Below, one piece after another: positions 1-12,771 of a stretch of DNA of 64,000 nt (position 1 is its first letter; each line of letters opens with the position of its first letter). Source of the DNA: Magallana gigas (lineage: Eukaryota); NCBI RefSeq assembly GCF_963853765.1, contig NC_088861.1:19096001-19160000 (forward strand), given 5' to 3'. The translations under genes and the position numbers were made by a program. The notes beneath the pieces are model-generated. The model had not been told where the DNA came from. It made no database searches and worked only from the letters and a program-made list of their open reading frames with translations.

Positions 1-1
1 T

Positions 2-724
2 TTAAATGAAGAACTTGCCAATGACCCAACACCTGTAGAAAAAAGTAACTCTAAGGTTGTTTTTAAAGCTAATTTAGTGGACTTAGTGGCCCCACCCCCA
101 GACTATCCCGACGAAGAAACGCCCCGAGAAAACTCAGAAACCCCGCAAACTCAGGAATCGGAGAACTCAAATAATAGTGAAACTGAAAAAAAGGACAACG
201 GTAAAAAAGTTCTCATTGAGCGAGACGGAAAGTTTGAATTAGTGAGTGAAAATGATGTCCGAGCCAAAGACATGGGACTGCCTGTGTTGATTGATGAAAA
301 TGAAAATGTAAACAATAACACAACAGACTCGAGTTCTAATAGTGGTGAATTCAATCGAAAGCCTGCCCCGCCTTCCCAACCGAGGCCTTCAACGGCCAAC
401 GGAAATTCTCGCCGTTCTCGACCAGGTTCGTCGAAGCAGCGAGCGTCATCGGCAGGAACAGAACGCGGATTCGTCTTGGGCGATTTTAACTACAACTCAC
501 CCTATGCAATGTCGCCCAAGGAAAAGAAGCTAGTGGAAGAACAAGCCAAGCAGAGGGAGCAGCGAGAACGCGACAAGAAGCGGCTAGAGGAGCAGGAGAA
601 AGAATACCAGGAAAGAGAGAGTAACGACGCATTCCAGGCGTGGCTCAGGCAGAAGAGAGAGGAGGCCAGAAAACGGAAGGAGAGAGAGGAGGAGGACAAG
701 AAAAAGAAGAATCAAAGTCCCAGG
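2..724 (+). CDS. CCDC181: CCDC181 large coding exon (5' end lies outside the window); donor AGG|gtaagg, phase 0
   Basis: Frame is open from base 2 (LNEELAND...KVVFKANLVDLVAPPP...VLIERDGKFELV...YAMSPKEKKL...SNDAFQAWLRQKREE). These motifs match those I recall from vertebrate CCDC181 (KLKFKDQLVDLEVPP, ILVERDGKFELL, ENDIVFKAWLQKKRE). The ORF-track tail after 724 reads into intronic (TGTC)n. Confidence 0.9.
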
Positions 725-991
725 GTAAGGATGTGTTTGTCTGTCTGTCTTCCTGTCTGTCTATCTGTCAGTCTATATCCATCTGTCTGTCTGATGGTGT
801 CATTCTATGTAATATTGGCATGCCCTGTGGGTTTTTCTCCTGTCTTTGACTTTAGTGTGAAATTTGTAAATGAAAGAAAAATACTAAATAATCATGCTTT
901 ATTGCAAAGAAAGTAAAATGAAATGAATATTTTAAAAATAGAATTCCGAAATTTTAGAAGTTTTTGACAATGAACTTAATAATGGGTCCTA

Positions 992-1127
992 NNNNNNNNN
1001 NNNNNNNNNNNNNNNNNNNNNNNNNNNNNNNNNNNNNNNNNNNNNNNNNNNNNNNNNNNNNNNNNNNNNNNNNNNNNNNNNNNNNNNNNNNNNNNNNNNN
1101 NNNNNNNNNNNNNNNNNNNNNNNNNNN
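992..1127. other. Assembly gap (N run)
   Basis: Run of N. Confidence 1.
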
Positions 1128-2207
1128 GAATTGATTTGAATTAATAATATGCATTTATACACAGTGTACCATAGGTTATTTTATTTGCAGACTTCATTCA
1201 CTATAGTTTATGACTCAGTATTTTGTTAACATAAACTTTGGAGTTATCCCTCCTTGAATATAATTTTCAACTTTGCTTATGTTGATCCAAAAAAAAAAAG
1301 GGGGGAAAATGATTTAACAATTATTTATTAAGCATATCTTACCCAATGGTGAAATGGAATTAATATACTGCATCCTAACTTATGCATAATTAAACAGGAC
1401 TTTGGATGGGATATTAATATAATTTTAAAATATTTAATTTTTTCAGTGTTGTTGTTATGATGTATAATACCTATTTATTTTAAATTATTAATAGACCATC
1501 TTGCATGTATATATAGAAGTTTTAGATTAGATCAATAGAAAACTCAGTAGGAATGCAAAGATTTTTAGAGTAATTATTCTCATAATTATGATACATGTAT
1601 TATAGAATCTAGTCACCTGAATAGAGATGAAGGACCTTGAATCCCAACTAATCGTGATGTTTAAAATCATAAAAACAGTTAATGTGTAGTCCATTTACCA
1701 GAATTTTGCCCAAATACCAGTTATCAAAAGCTCTGTTCCATTATTTTTTTCAAAATAGATTTCTAGCCTTGTTTAGGCTTGGGATGGAGGAGGGGGGATT
1801 TTGAATGCAGTTTATTTGGAATTTGAAAAATGAAAATAAAAGTCTTTTGCTTTTCTGCATTTTATATTTCATTGACAATCAATGCTTAGAATTAGTATGC
1901 CAAAATAATATAAACTTAAAAATTTATTCTGATTTGTCACATCATTTTTTTGGATGCTAAATTAGGTCATAATAAATTGATCTTCATAAATGCACAACGT
2001 ACTGTCTTTTTTATCATTAAACTTTTACTTATATTATATTTTTATATTAGAAAATTTTTTTTCCTGCATTAATCTGCTGACAACAATATTAATGTCACCT
2101 TGACTGTTTTGCTGCTGTGTTTGCCTGTGTGTCTGTACCTCTGTCTTGAGCGTCCGTCTGTCTGTTTGTGTGCGTGCTCTGATGTCTCTTTTGTGCCTCT
2201 GTTCTAG

Positions 2208-2270
2208 CCCGTAAATGGTAGCACGTCCACCATGGAATCGTACGAGTCCCTGCCCCAAAGTGAAGACCAG
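2208..2270 (+). CDS. CCDC181: Probable 63-nt symmetric cassette exon of CCDC181 (PVNGSTSTMESYESLPQSEDQ)
   Basis: Pyrimidine tract and ttctag| acceptor, CAG|gtaaaa donor, phase 0-0, stop-free, GC-richer than flanks, compatible with the flanking exon phases. Confidence 0.65.
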
Positions 2271-4361
2271 GTAAAATTACTACAGACCAAAAAATACAAA
2301 GATCAGACAATTCAAGACAAATTCTCATTAGTCAGTCTTGTCCGCACTTTGGATTCAATCAGAAACTATTCCTTACTCAGCCTATCAGTTCTGAATCTCT
2401 TGGAAATAAATGCTCTTTTAATTAGACCATTCCATAGGCTTGCAGGTTTTAACAGAATATTTTGATGTTGAAGTACTAATTGAAGCATAAAGCGTAAAGC
2501 AACTTTATTGTGTGGGTTTTTTTTAAACTATATCTCTCCATTAATTTGGGAAGGAAGTTAATATTTTATTCATAAATTCTTTTATCAATCACATTCTCCA
2601 AATCTGCAAGCTTCTCAGTCATGAGCTGTGAATGGTTCCTTTGATGAAACGTTTGGATGAATGAGATCTCTGACTATTCATTGACAAATAGATATGATTT
2701 AAAAATCAGGAAAAAGGCATGAAAGACCTTTTAGACAAAAGACAACTAATATTTAGATGTTCACAATTACATACTCAAATTTTTCAGTTTTTCATTGCAT
2801 CTTACGACTTTATATTCATAGGAAGTAAATATGCAGTAGCAAAAAATATCATAGGTATAAGGAATAAAAAAGAACTTATTAAATTTTTTTTCATTATTTT
2901 AGTATATTTTAGAAATTATACATGAAACTTAAGAAATATAGATCCAAATTAAAGACATGTCTTGATAAAAGTTACTGATAAACTTCTAGAAAATGGAACA
3001 AAAAAAATAACGGTTTAAAAGAGGGAGATTACTTTCTCATGGAAATCATGACTACTACCATTTTACTACCTGGTAAATTGTTTTGGAACATCAAATGATA
3101 GCTTACAATTCGGTAAACAGGATAATTAGAATTTTTAACAACAATATTCTTAGACAGGCAAGAGGAACAATCATGTTTTGCACTGGCCAGGCAATGTTAG
3201 CATTAGCTAAATTGTACTTGCGAGGTAGTGTTTACCAAATTCATAAAGACTGTGTGATTGAGTGTTTAGATTATTCATAAATCATATATTAAAATAAAAA
3301 CCGTAGTTGTTTCACATATTGAGCCTTTTTTCATTCATTTTTGTTGGGATATTTTAGTCCTGACATAGTTTTTTTCTTTTTACCTTGCTTTGTTAATATT
3401 GCTGTTACCAAAAGGCAATTTATCCTGTATTGAATAGCATGATCTTTGATTATAGGATATATTTACCTGGGCAAAATATCACTTCCTTTTTCTATTTTTG
3501 CTTTACTTAATAATATTGCATTAACCTGTACTTAGGGCATCTATATATATGCTTTTATGGTATTGCCTTTATTAGAGGGCACTTTTTTGGCTGATCTAAT
3601 GATATTTCCTTTACTGTAGGACAATACCCAAAATATTGGTTTGATCTCCTTCCAGGATTTATACATTGATCCACAGGTTACTGATATAGATTTTTTAGAC
3701 CCTATAGTGCTAGCAGGGGACTGAAGGTCTGATCTAGCTATCTTATCAATGATTTTACTTTTTGTGGAGGGCAATGTATAACAAGGGCTAACGAGCCAAG
3801 AGCTCTTGATATGTAGAATTGAGTGTACAGAGTCTCAATTAACCTTATTTGCATGTGCTGATATTATTTCTTTCTGCTAGCATGCAATCTTTAAAGTTTG
3901 ATTAGACTTCAGGTCAAAATCCAATTAAATAAAGAGAGCTAATTCCGCTCTTGACAATTGCTTGTATAGAATAGAATTTTTCTGGGAATAAAGAAGTTAA
4001 AAGAAGATAAAAGAATATTCATTAGATATATGCAAGAACAGATGAGGAAAACACTTTTTTTTTTTTGGATATGATTTAGCCAATCTTGATTTCATTACTT
4101 TACTTAAGAATATTTGCATTGATGAGGAGTTAGGAACAACACCCCAATTCAATGCTCTTTCATTTTTAGTTTTCTTCATCAGGCTAATTTCTTTAAAAAG
4201 GATAAATTCACGATGCCTTCATTAACACATTTTATTAATAAGTAAAAAAGAGATGTATTATAGATTAATTTTGAAAAGAAATGGACTTATTGTTGAATTT
4301 TATGACTGTGACTGACATATATTTTTGTTGTTGTAAGAGAATGAGACAAAGGTAAAGTTTA

Positions 4362-4776
4362 ACAGGTTGGGACCAATATCCCAAATGGGATATACATGTA
4401 ATAGCCCGTTTGGGGTATAATAGCCCAAATTGGATATAAATTTAAAGTGCAAAAAATGAAAATTTTTGATTTTGAAATTTCTTATATAAATCCGCATTAG
4501 AATAGATGAAATACAACAACTTTTGGTAAACAACTTTTTCTGTAGCTGTACTATTACGGAGATTGATCCCTCAGTATATCCAAAACTTCTTTGGGATCAA
4601 TCTTACAAACTATTGACATATAGAAAAACTTTTTAACCAAAAGTTGTTGCATTTGATTCACATTAATGCGGATTTATATAAAAAAAATTTAAAATAAAAA
4701 AAAATATTTTTTGCACTTTAAATTTATATCCCATTTGGGCCATTATATCCCATTTGGGAGATTGGTCCCAACCTGT
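4362..4776. mobile_element. Foldback MITE, almost wholly palindromic, with 3-bp TTA TSD (PIF/Harbinger-like target)
   Basis: Ends ACAGGTTGGGACCAAT / ATTGGTCCCAACCTGT; imperfect arms of about 200 bp; TTA at 4359-4361 and 4777-4779. Confidence 0.75.
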
Positions 4777-6858
4777 TTAATTGTCATTCGAATTAATATA
4801 AAAGAAAAGTTGAAATTGAAAATATTCAAATGCGAAGAAAATTCTTAAGTGTAATTGAATTTTTTTTATCATTGCATTGAAATGTAAATACTGTTAATTT
4901 ATTTCATCAAGTTTAGAAGCTGACAAATTTGGAACTTTAAATAGATAGATTTAACATGCCCATCTAGTATATTATTTTCTATTGCATATTTATTTAAATT
5001 TTTATGCTTGAGAATTATTCATAAATGCACCTTTGAAGTATAAGCAGAGGTGAGAGTAGTGAATTCTCCTTAAAATCACTAAAAAAAAATTAACGTTTAG
5101 CAGAATTTTCTGTTGAATTAGACGTAAACTATGTTGAAGTTTATGATTAGTGTCTTTGATGGGATGCCATATATAAGGGAATGCATTAGATAATTCTCTT
5201 TAATTGCCTTTTATATATATAAATTGTTTATGGACTTAAAATAAATGTCAGGTACCTTGAACTGCCAGTCTCGGATCCATCATTGTTACATGGCTTCATT
5301 GTGTTTTCAACAGTTTAAATTAATTTTCCAATTCTAATGCTTTTAATTAGGTTGTTTACCTGTATCTCAGTCTGTGTTTAGCAGTATTACTGTACTCTAT
5401 CTAATGAATTATGAAGAGCTTTCAATTTGATTTTTTTTTGTCCTTAAGACTCCAATGTAAATCTAATTATGGACACTCATAATGACCCCAAGCCTATAGA
5501 AAGATGTATGCAATGAATTTCGGTTTCTCTTTTAAATGCACCATAATTCTTGCCAGAATGTGTGACTATAAATGTTGTGAAATGCAGATTTGCCCATGCT
5601 TTATGCCAGTTTTAACATTGGTCTTCATTTTTATATTGGGCTTTGGCTAGAAAAACTGCACCTAATGCACAATACCAATTAAGTATTTTTTCATGGAAGA
5701 AGATTATGTATGACCAATCCCGAATATTACAAGAAGTAATTAATTAGAGTTTTCCTCAAGACTTGATCATTCTTTGAATGAAAAAAAATTATGTCTGTTG
5801 TATTTAATGTCTCTGTTGTCTGATTAATGATATTTGGAACGTTATACTTTGACAAGATTATGACCAATAAACACAGACTGGCAGACAGATAGATAAACAG
5901 ACAGACAAGCAAAAAGAAAAGAAAATTTTATAAATAAAGAGGAGACGTTCATATTTCCATATCAGCTTCATCAAGGCCAAATTTTCATCCATTGCAATTT
6001 ATTAATCTCTTGGAGCATGCACGTGTATTTTAGGGATCAGGCCAATGGAGTTGTTTACTGTTACAAAAATCTACTAGTATCTGGCCAAGATTGATTTTTT
6101 TCCACGCTTTTATTTCATGCACAGCAAGGTCCTTGGACAGATACCTTTATGAGAAATAGAGGCTTGATGCAAAGAGTGTTTGGCAAAACTGTAGTTTGCA
6201 ACTTGGAAAAGAGCTTAGGCATAGTATGAATGTTTGGGAATTGAACAGTATCTGTTTCCAAAATCATTTCTAGTCTCTATGAGGTGTCCAGAGTATTCCC
6301 ATATACACTAGCAGCTCTTTGTATTTACCTTATTTAAATGTACTCACTGTCCAACTAAATATACTCTGACTATTAGGCTGAACCCTATAATACCTCTCTT
6401 TACAATTCACTTTGTATTTTTAATACCTTTGGTATCATTTAACATGAAATTACTCTGGAAACAAATGCAATGCCACCTACAGTATAACATGAATGTATGA
6501 AAAAAATAAACAAAAATCTCTTGAACAAATACACATCTTTTGGGGGAACTAGTTACATTCAAACATGTGTCTAGACCCTATTTGTATATAAAAAAAATGA
6601 TTATACATTCTTTGAAGAAGTACTGTAAAAAAGCACCTGAAAAATAATGTCTATTATAGAATAATGTTTATGAAAGCTGGAAATGATTTTGTCACCAGTG
6701 TTGTTGGGGCACAAAACTAATCTGATTCAGATCTATCTGAAGATAAATTCACCCTTTTTGTTAACTATTGCACACGGAGATAATTAATGCACTTCTACGA
6801 CTTAAAGTATAAAATTTAATCAAATTAAATGACCTATGGATGTATGGTAAAATTACAG

Positions 6859-7050
6859 TGCAACAAAATCATGACAAAATATGCTAAACAGTCATTTTTA
6901 AAAACAATGCCAAAAATTAAACATTTTATATCAGTAAATTGTTGGAAAAGGAAAAAAATAAAATTATTAACATTCGCAGAGCTATTGTGTTTTTCGGACA
7001 CTTTTCTTTTCTAAAGAGGGAAAGAAAACCTCTAGTCATTGATTTTAATA
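6859..7050 (+). pseudogene. Decayed copy of CCDC181 terminal exon A plus start of its 3' UTR, inside an intron
   Basis: aacattcgcagagctattgtgttttt..cggac..gagggaaagaaaacc matches 9688-9770; weaker match extends back to a ttacag acceptor; reads ...FSDTFLF* versus ...FSDAFRF*. Confidence 0.75.
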
Positions 7051-8228
7051 TTAAATCCATATATACTGGGGTCTGAAAATAGACATTGTTTGAACTAATG
7101 TCAAACCGCAGATGTCTTACTGAATTGTCATATAACATTACATTTCAATATTAACATGTAATGTAGGCTTAATTAATTAGCATAACTATTAAAGGAATTA
7201 ATACTATTTGATGGCATTAGGTGAAACAAGTTCACAAATGTCTAAACAGGTTAAAGATTAACTACTTTATATTCTCAGTTTGTTAATTATAAGATTGTGT
7301 TTAACATTTCAGTGCAGGTTTCATAACTGTTGATAAAGATTGTCAGTTTTTGTACATGGATGCTTTTTAAGACTTGTCAATTTAAAGCTAATTTAAGAGG
7401 TCTTGTGTTTTAAAACTATTTTGATTTTTTTTTAATGAATGACAAAATGATATTTAAAATTCTTTTAATTATATGACTTTGAAATGAAATTTCAAAATAA
7501 ATTAATATTGATTAAAGAATTGAAAAGATGTTTTAAATCATTGATTTAACTCATTAGTACATTTATGATATGCAAAATGGCCATTTGATTTAATGGGTGT
7601 GAAACAAGCATTTTATTACATGTACTATGCAATTGTGCCTTGTGCACTTTTATGTAAGGATTTAGATTTTGTAGCATTCCTTCTATGGTTTGCAGTTAAT
7701 GAATCTATATCCAGAACTCATGAAATAAAGCTTGATTTTGTTTTTCTTGGGGGGGGGGGGGACTAACCTATGTACTTTAACAATGCATGGAAACCATGCT
7801 GTCTTTGAACTTTTGGTTTCTAAATAAAATTAACCAGTATTTAACTTTATTTTCAGTCAAAACCTGTATGTGTGCATATTTTAGCATATTAGCCAGTCAA
7901 CCCCCCCCCACCTACCTCTAATAACATTCATTTATACTAAATGCAAAGACTCTTTACAAAACAAAAACATGAATGATGTATGAACAAGATTACTGAGTAA
8001 CTGTTAATGTGCAGAAAGTTTTATCATAGATAGAGCTCTAGTTATTATTTTAAGCTAGTTTTTGGTTAAACATGAACCAGCTAGCAAAATAGCTTACCTA
8101 TGCAAACAGTAAACACAGCTTAAGTAGTGAAGAAAATGGGTGTGTTGTGTGTTTTTTTAAAGGGTTTTGAAAGTTTGGGGTAAAAAATCCAAATTTTTTA
8201 TCTAAATTTTTTTGCATTGCATTTCCAG

Positions 8229-8380
8229 GACGCGGAGGTGAAGGAGGCGTATTCAACATGGCTGAAGACCAAACAGAAGCAGCAGAAACATGATAAACTG
8301 CTGAAGAAGCGGCAGGAGATGGAGTCGACGGAGGGCTTCTACATCCGGAGTCGACAGGAGTGCGACCAGGCCTTCAGGCA
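8229..8380 (+). CDS. CCDC181: CCDC181 penultimate exon (DAEVKEAYSTWLKTKQ...RSRQECDQAFR)
   Basis: atttccag| acceptor, CA|gtaagt donor, 152 nt, phase 0 to 2; W-L-K-x-K coiled-coil repeat typical of the CCDC181 C-terminus. Confidence 0.9.
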
Positions 8381-9584
8381 GTAAGTACTGTGTGCGGTGC
8401 GTGTGTATATATAACCGTGTGCTGCCTATACTCCAACACACTAATACTTATGTATTTATTGCCTGAGACTCTTTGGTATTACCCCCTATAAAATTATAGT
8501 AAATGCATCAGTTGTTCATGCAATGTTAATTCTTCTCGGAAAGTCTGATCTTAATGTAAGTTTCTTAGAAAAGATCAAGTATACAATTCATAATAGTTCC
8601 AAAGAAATTTTGGATTATTAAAGTAATTTATTATTCAAATTACATTCTTTTAGCCCGCAATTTATTGATGAAAGTAAACAAATTAACAGAGAAAATTCGA
8701 ATTAAGAGTAGTTTTAAATTTCGCCACAGAATTAGTTTCTCCTTTTCATCCTCATGCAATTTCATATTACGTGTATGTTTTTTGAAATTTGCATAGTTTA
8801 GGGGACAAATTTGATTTATTGTGTATTAAAGTTATGAAAGGATAGACCTTGAAGAAACATCACATGAGTTTTTATCTAAATATGATCCAAATCATTTGAT
8901 ACTCACATGCTTTTTTTAAGTTCCGTGTTTTTATTAATACCTTGCTCTTGGTATGGCCTTTTCTGTATTTCGTACTTTATAGTTGACCCAATAAAAATCT
9001 GAAAAGTTCTAATGTGCTTTGGAGCATGTCCTGATTGATTCACAATTTCGTTTTTCAAAAAACCCCATTTTTTTTCTCTAAACTTTCATTGTTTTTATAA
9101 ACAATTCACAAAATTCACTGCATTGTTTTATCTCACGTTATTCACGATAATTCATTTGTATTTTAAAAGCATTCAAATAAAATTTGCTGGAGAATTTTTA
9201 CTCACCAGTTTTAATGGTTTTTTCAATATTTTTTGGGTGCAAGATGCAGATTCGTTATTACAGTTTCTCCACTTTTGCACAAAATGAAACAATGCTTACC
9301 ACAACTTTGATTTAAAAAAATCCCACTAAGCGTCAAGCTAATCAGAAAAGGCCAGTTTTAAGAAGTTGTTTTCAATTTTAGATTTTATTTTTGAAGTGAA
9401 AGTAGAGTTTGAAAAAAAAAATTAAATGTATGGAGTGAAATGATAGTTTTGTTTATTAACACAAGAGTTCTCTTTTGTTTGTAATAGAATTTTTTTTAAA
9501 AAGGTGTAAACATTTTTTTTTTCCAGTTAGAAAATTTTTCCATATTTTTGGTAGTTTGTGGTAACAATTGTTTCATTGTTGCAG

Positions 9585-9732
9585 GTGGCTTAGACAAAAA
9601 AATGCTGAAATTCGGAAAAGTCGAGCTAACGAACGCCAGAAACTCAAACTTCAGAGATTAATGGCGAGAAGGAGCCGGAAGGCGAATAACATTCGCAGAG
9701 CTATTGTGTTTTCGGACGCATTTCGTTTCTGA
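9585..9732 (+). CDS. CCDC181: CCDC181 alternative last exon A (QWLRQKNAE...IVFSDAFRF*)
   Basis: ttgttgcag|G acceptor completes CA+G=Gln in phase 2; open to TGA. Confidence 0.8.
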
Positions 9733-9993
9733 CGAGGGAAAGAAAAACCTTTAGTCAATGATTTTTAGATATGAAATCTTGGCATAAAGTTTTCGCTTTG
9801 TAGAGAGGGAAAAAGGAGTTGCTATGTTTCTTCAGCTTTCCCCAAAGAGAATCAAATAACTAGTCTTCGGTGGAGAAACTGTGATACTAAATAAATAGAT
9901 AGATAGAGAAAAAGAAACGAAATAAGAAATGTATTGGAGTTGTTATTGTGTTACTTTTGCTTTGTTGTTAACTAATACGGTTTGTTGTTACAG

Positions 9994-10165
9994 ATGGTTG
10001 AGAAAAAAGACCTCAGATTCGCGAAAAGCTCGGTTTATGGAGCAACAACAGCACAGAATGAGTCGGCAGGCAGCGCGAAAAACGCGAAAAAATCTCTCCG
10101 CCCTCAAGGCTCTAAACAAGTCCAATTCATTTGTTTATGTTGACTACTATGGATACAGATATTAG
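9994..10165 (+). CDS. CCDC181: CCDC181 alternative last exon B (QWLRKKTSD...SFVYVDYYGYRY*)
   Basis: ttgttacag|A acceptor completes CA+A=Gln in phase 2; open to TAG; paralogous to exon A. Confidence 0.8.
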
Positions 10166-11751
10166 ATTTTATTATCAGGAGTTTAATTATATTGTTATAC
10201 TTCATTATATTTCGTTATATTTTCATCTGTAATTGTAATATGTTTAGTTAAAATTTATAAGATGAGAAACCCCATGATTAGGAAGGGTTTCGTTATTTTT
10301 GTTTCCAAAGTTCATTTATCTGTGATATATTTCAAAAAAAAAAAAATGAAATCAAACTCTTATTCAAGAGGTAAATATTACTTTAAAAAAACCTGACTCC
10401 TTAAGCTGGAAGTAAGAAAGCTGCGTAATTTTTATATCGGGCCATTTTTATAGTGCTAGAACATACTAGGTATACAAGATTTAATGCCATTAGTCCACAT
10501 GAAAGCAAAAAGTGAGCATTGTCAAATTGTTAGTTGGGTTTCATTTTTATCCCAGTCTTCAATTATCTCCCTTCTTTATCAAATCTTTGATCCGCGCATA
10601 CCATTCGATAGGAATTTTGCATCCTCACCATTTGATTTTAACTTTGTTATGATCCGTTCATGTTTACCTTATTTATATGTTGATTTTTTAATCTTTGTGT
10701 TACAGTGTATGTCCAAAAACAGGGTTTCTTATTTGCTGTTACATCTTAATCCTTTTTGAAATTTCATTGTTTTTACTTTAATGAATGATAAAGTGGTATG
10801 TCAAAAATACCTATTTGAAAGAATCGTCATTTCAAAATATGTTCATAAATAGTTCAAAACTTCATAATAACAATGATTTAATTAGTATCAACGTTTTACA
10901 ATTGAAAATATTCATTCCTATCCGATATTATGATTTTATTGTTTTTAAATTGAAAATGATATATACAGTAACTGAAGAATATCAAATGAAAGGTCGTTAA
11001 TTTTTTTTTTCAAATTCAGAACTTTTCAACTAAAAACGACGTCGACTTTTACATTTTGGGTCATCTGCATACTATACTGGCCAACAATTCCAACCAGATG
11101 TGTAATTTGTTCGTCATTAGTAATATCTCTCATCTCATAAATTTCGTCTGCCAGATCCATGGCAGAACCACGTTTGTTTTGAATACATTTAATCCACAGC
11201 GCAAATGTTTGCTCTGCAAATTTTTAGAGCATGAAAACAAAAGTTGAAAATACTAAACGTTAATTGGATGTGTTGAAGTTGCAAAAAATTATTTTGTTTC
11301 ATTTTCGAGGAATAATACAACGAAGACATATCTTGCAACGTTTCTTCTTTCTTTTTTTTAAATAACTTGTTGTAAAATGTTGTTCCATTTGACTTCGTCA
11401 ATGTATAATCAAAATGTTAGCAAGAAAACCGCTTCATCTCAATCAATCATATGCATCTGCATATGCGCGTGCTATTTTTATATATCATATCTTATGATAA
11501 TTTAAAACAGAATTCGTTGAATGGATTAATGTTTCGGAATTTTGTTGTGAAAATAAAGTTCTAGTGTTAATTTTGTCTTTTCTGTATGCCATATTCAACT
11601 GCATCTATCGTTGTGCGGAAGCTAGCTCTCAAATTCATTTAGATTATGAGCTTCATTTTTTGTTGATCTTTTTTTTAAATATTTGAATTATTCCTAGCTA
11701 CATCTGCTGATATTAACATGACAAGCTTTTCGTCTAGATCTGTGATTTTAC

Positions 11752-12771
11752 ATAGTTAGCCAAGTGGAACTAATAGTTGAAAAGTGTATGTATGTCTGTA
11801 TGTATGTTTGTCTGTATGTTAAGATGATTGTCTATGTTAGCAACCTTCATAAGCTTGCAACTGAAAAAGTGGTGAATTTACGAACATATGCATATTGTAA
11901 TAAAAATATGGAAACGAAGTGCTTGGAGTTGTTATTTTTTGCAGATGTCTTGGTGTATTTATCTTTAGAAAAGTATATTCAAGAAACGAAAAATCGCCTC
12001 AAAAATTTAAGTAGAAATTGAAACTCTGATTTCATACTTGTAGTATTGTCTTTTTTTTAAATAAAGATAATTCTTATTTTAAAATTCCCAATCATGGTTT
12101 TAGATTGTCGTGGGTTAAAAGCATTAAACTGTGTTGGAAATTTTATGTGTGAAAATTAATGAGTCGCGTGAGTAATGTGAAAAAAACTTATTCCTGTATT
12201 CCCTTTTACGTCACCCATCATATTTTACGACATGGCAATGAAAGATGACCATGCACGAAATCCTATTTTTCTGTTGAACCAATCCTTGCAAAATGGATGG
12301 AGTTCCCGAGAAGTGGGACAAGCTTCTTTAATATTTGAATTTTTTTTCATTCAGAAGACTTGCAATATTGCATAACTCTTAGCTTTATGGTGAGAAATAC
12401 GTCTGCTTCTCGAAAAATTGTACATGTTTATACGAAATCCTACTTTTCTGTTGAACCAATCCTTGCAAAATGGATGGAGTTCCCGAGAAGTGGGACAAGC
12501 TTCTTTAATATTTGAATTTTTTTTCATTCAGAAGACTTGCAATATTGCATAACTCTTAGCTTTATGGTGAGAAATACGTCTGCTTCTCGAAAAATTGTAC
12601 ATGTTTATACGAAATCCTACTTTTCTGTTGAACCAATCCCTGCAAAATGGATGGAGTTCCCGAGAAGTGGGACAAGCTTCTTTGATTAATATTTGAAATA
12701 CTTGCAGGATTGCATAACTCTTAGCTTTATGGTGAGAAATATGTCTGTTTCTCGAAAAGTCTCTTGTTTTG
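11752..12771 (-). mobile_element. Probable non-autonomous Helentron (HINE) carrying a tandem array
   Basis: Minus strand starts AAACAAGAG, then 177-bp tandem repeats, then an (ACAT/ACAG)n microsatellite and a short TAGTT/AACTA hairpin: the usual HINE layout. Confidence 0.55.
12256..12760. repeat. 177-bp tandem repeat, about 2.9 copies
   Basis: Unit start cgaaatcct recurs at 12256, 12433 and 12610; first two copies nearly identical. Confidence 0.95.

Noticed and set aside
725-916. Hydrophobic C-terminal extension of the 279-aa track ORF (VRMCLSVCLPVC...)
   Set aside because: Read-through into intronic (TGTC)n past a clear donor at 724; not a transmembrane segment.
3620-3676. Possible second phase 0-0 CCDC181 cassette exon (DNTQNIGLISFQDLYIDPQ)
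   Set aside because: Good acceptor but weak donor (gttact) and no homology support.
11756-12021. Apparent plus-strand mini-exons (SQVELIVEK; VLVYLSLEKYIQETK...)
   Set aside because: They fall within the HINE end and its microsatellite; splice-like signals are probably incidental.
12256-12760. CRISPR-like appearance of the tandem array
   Set aside because: Whole 177-bp units repeat with no unique spacers; eukaryotic context; no cas genes.
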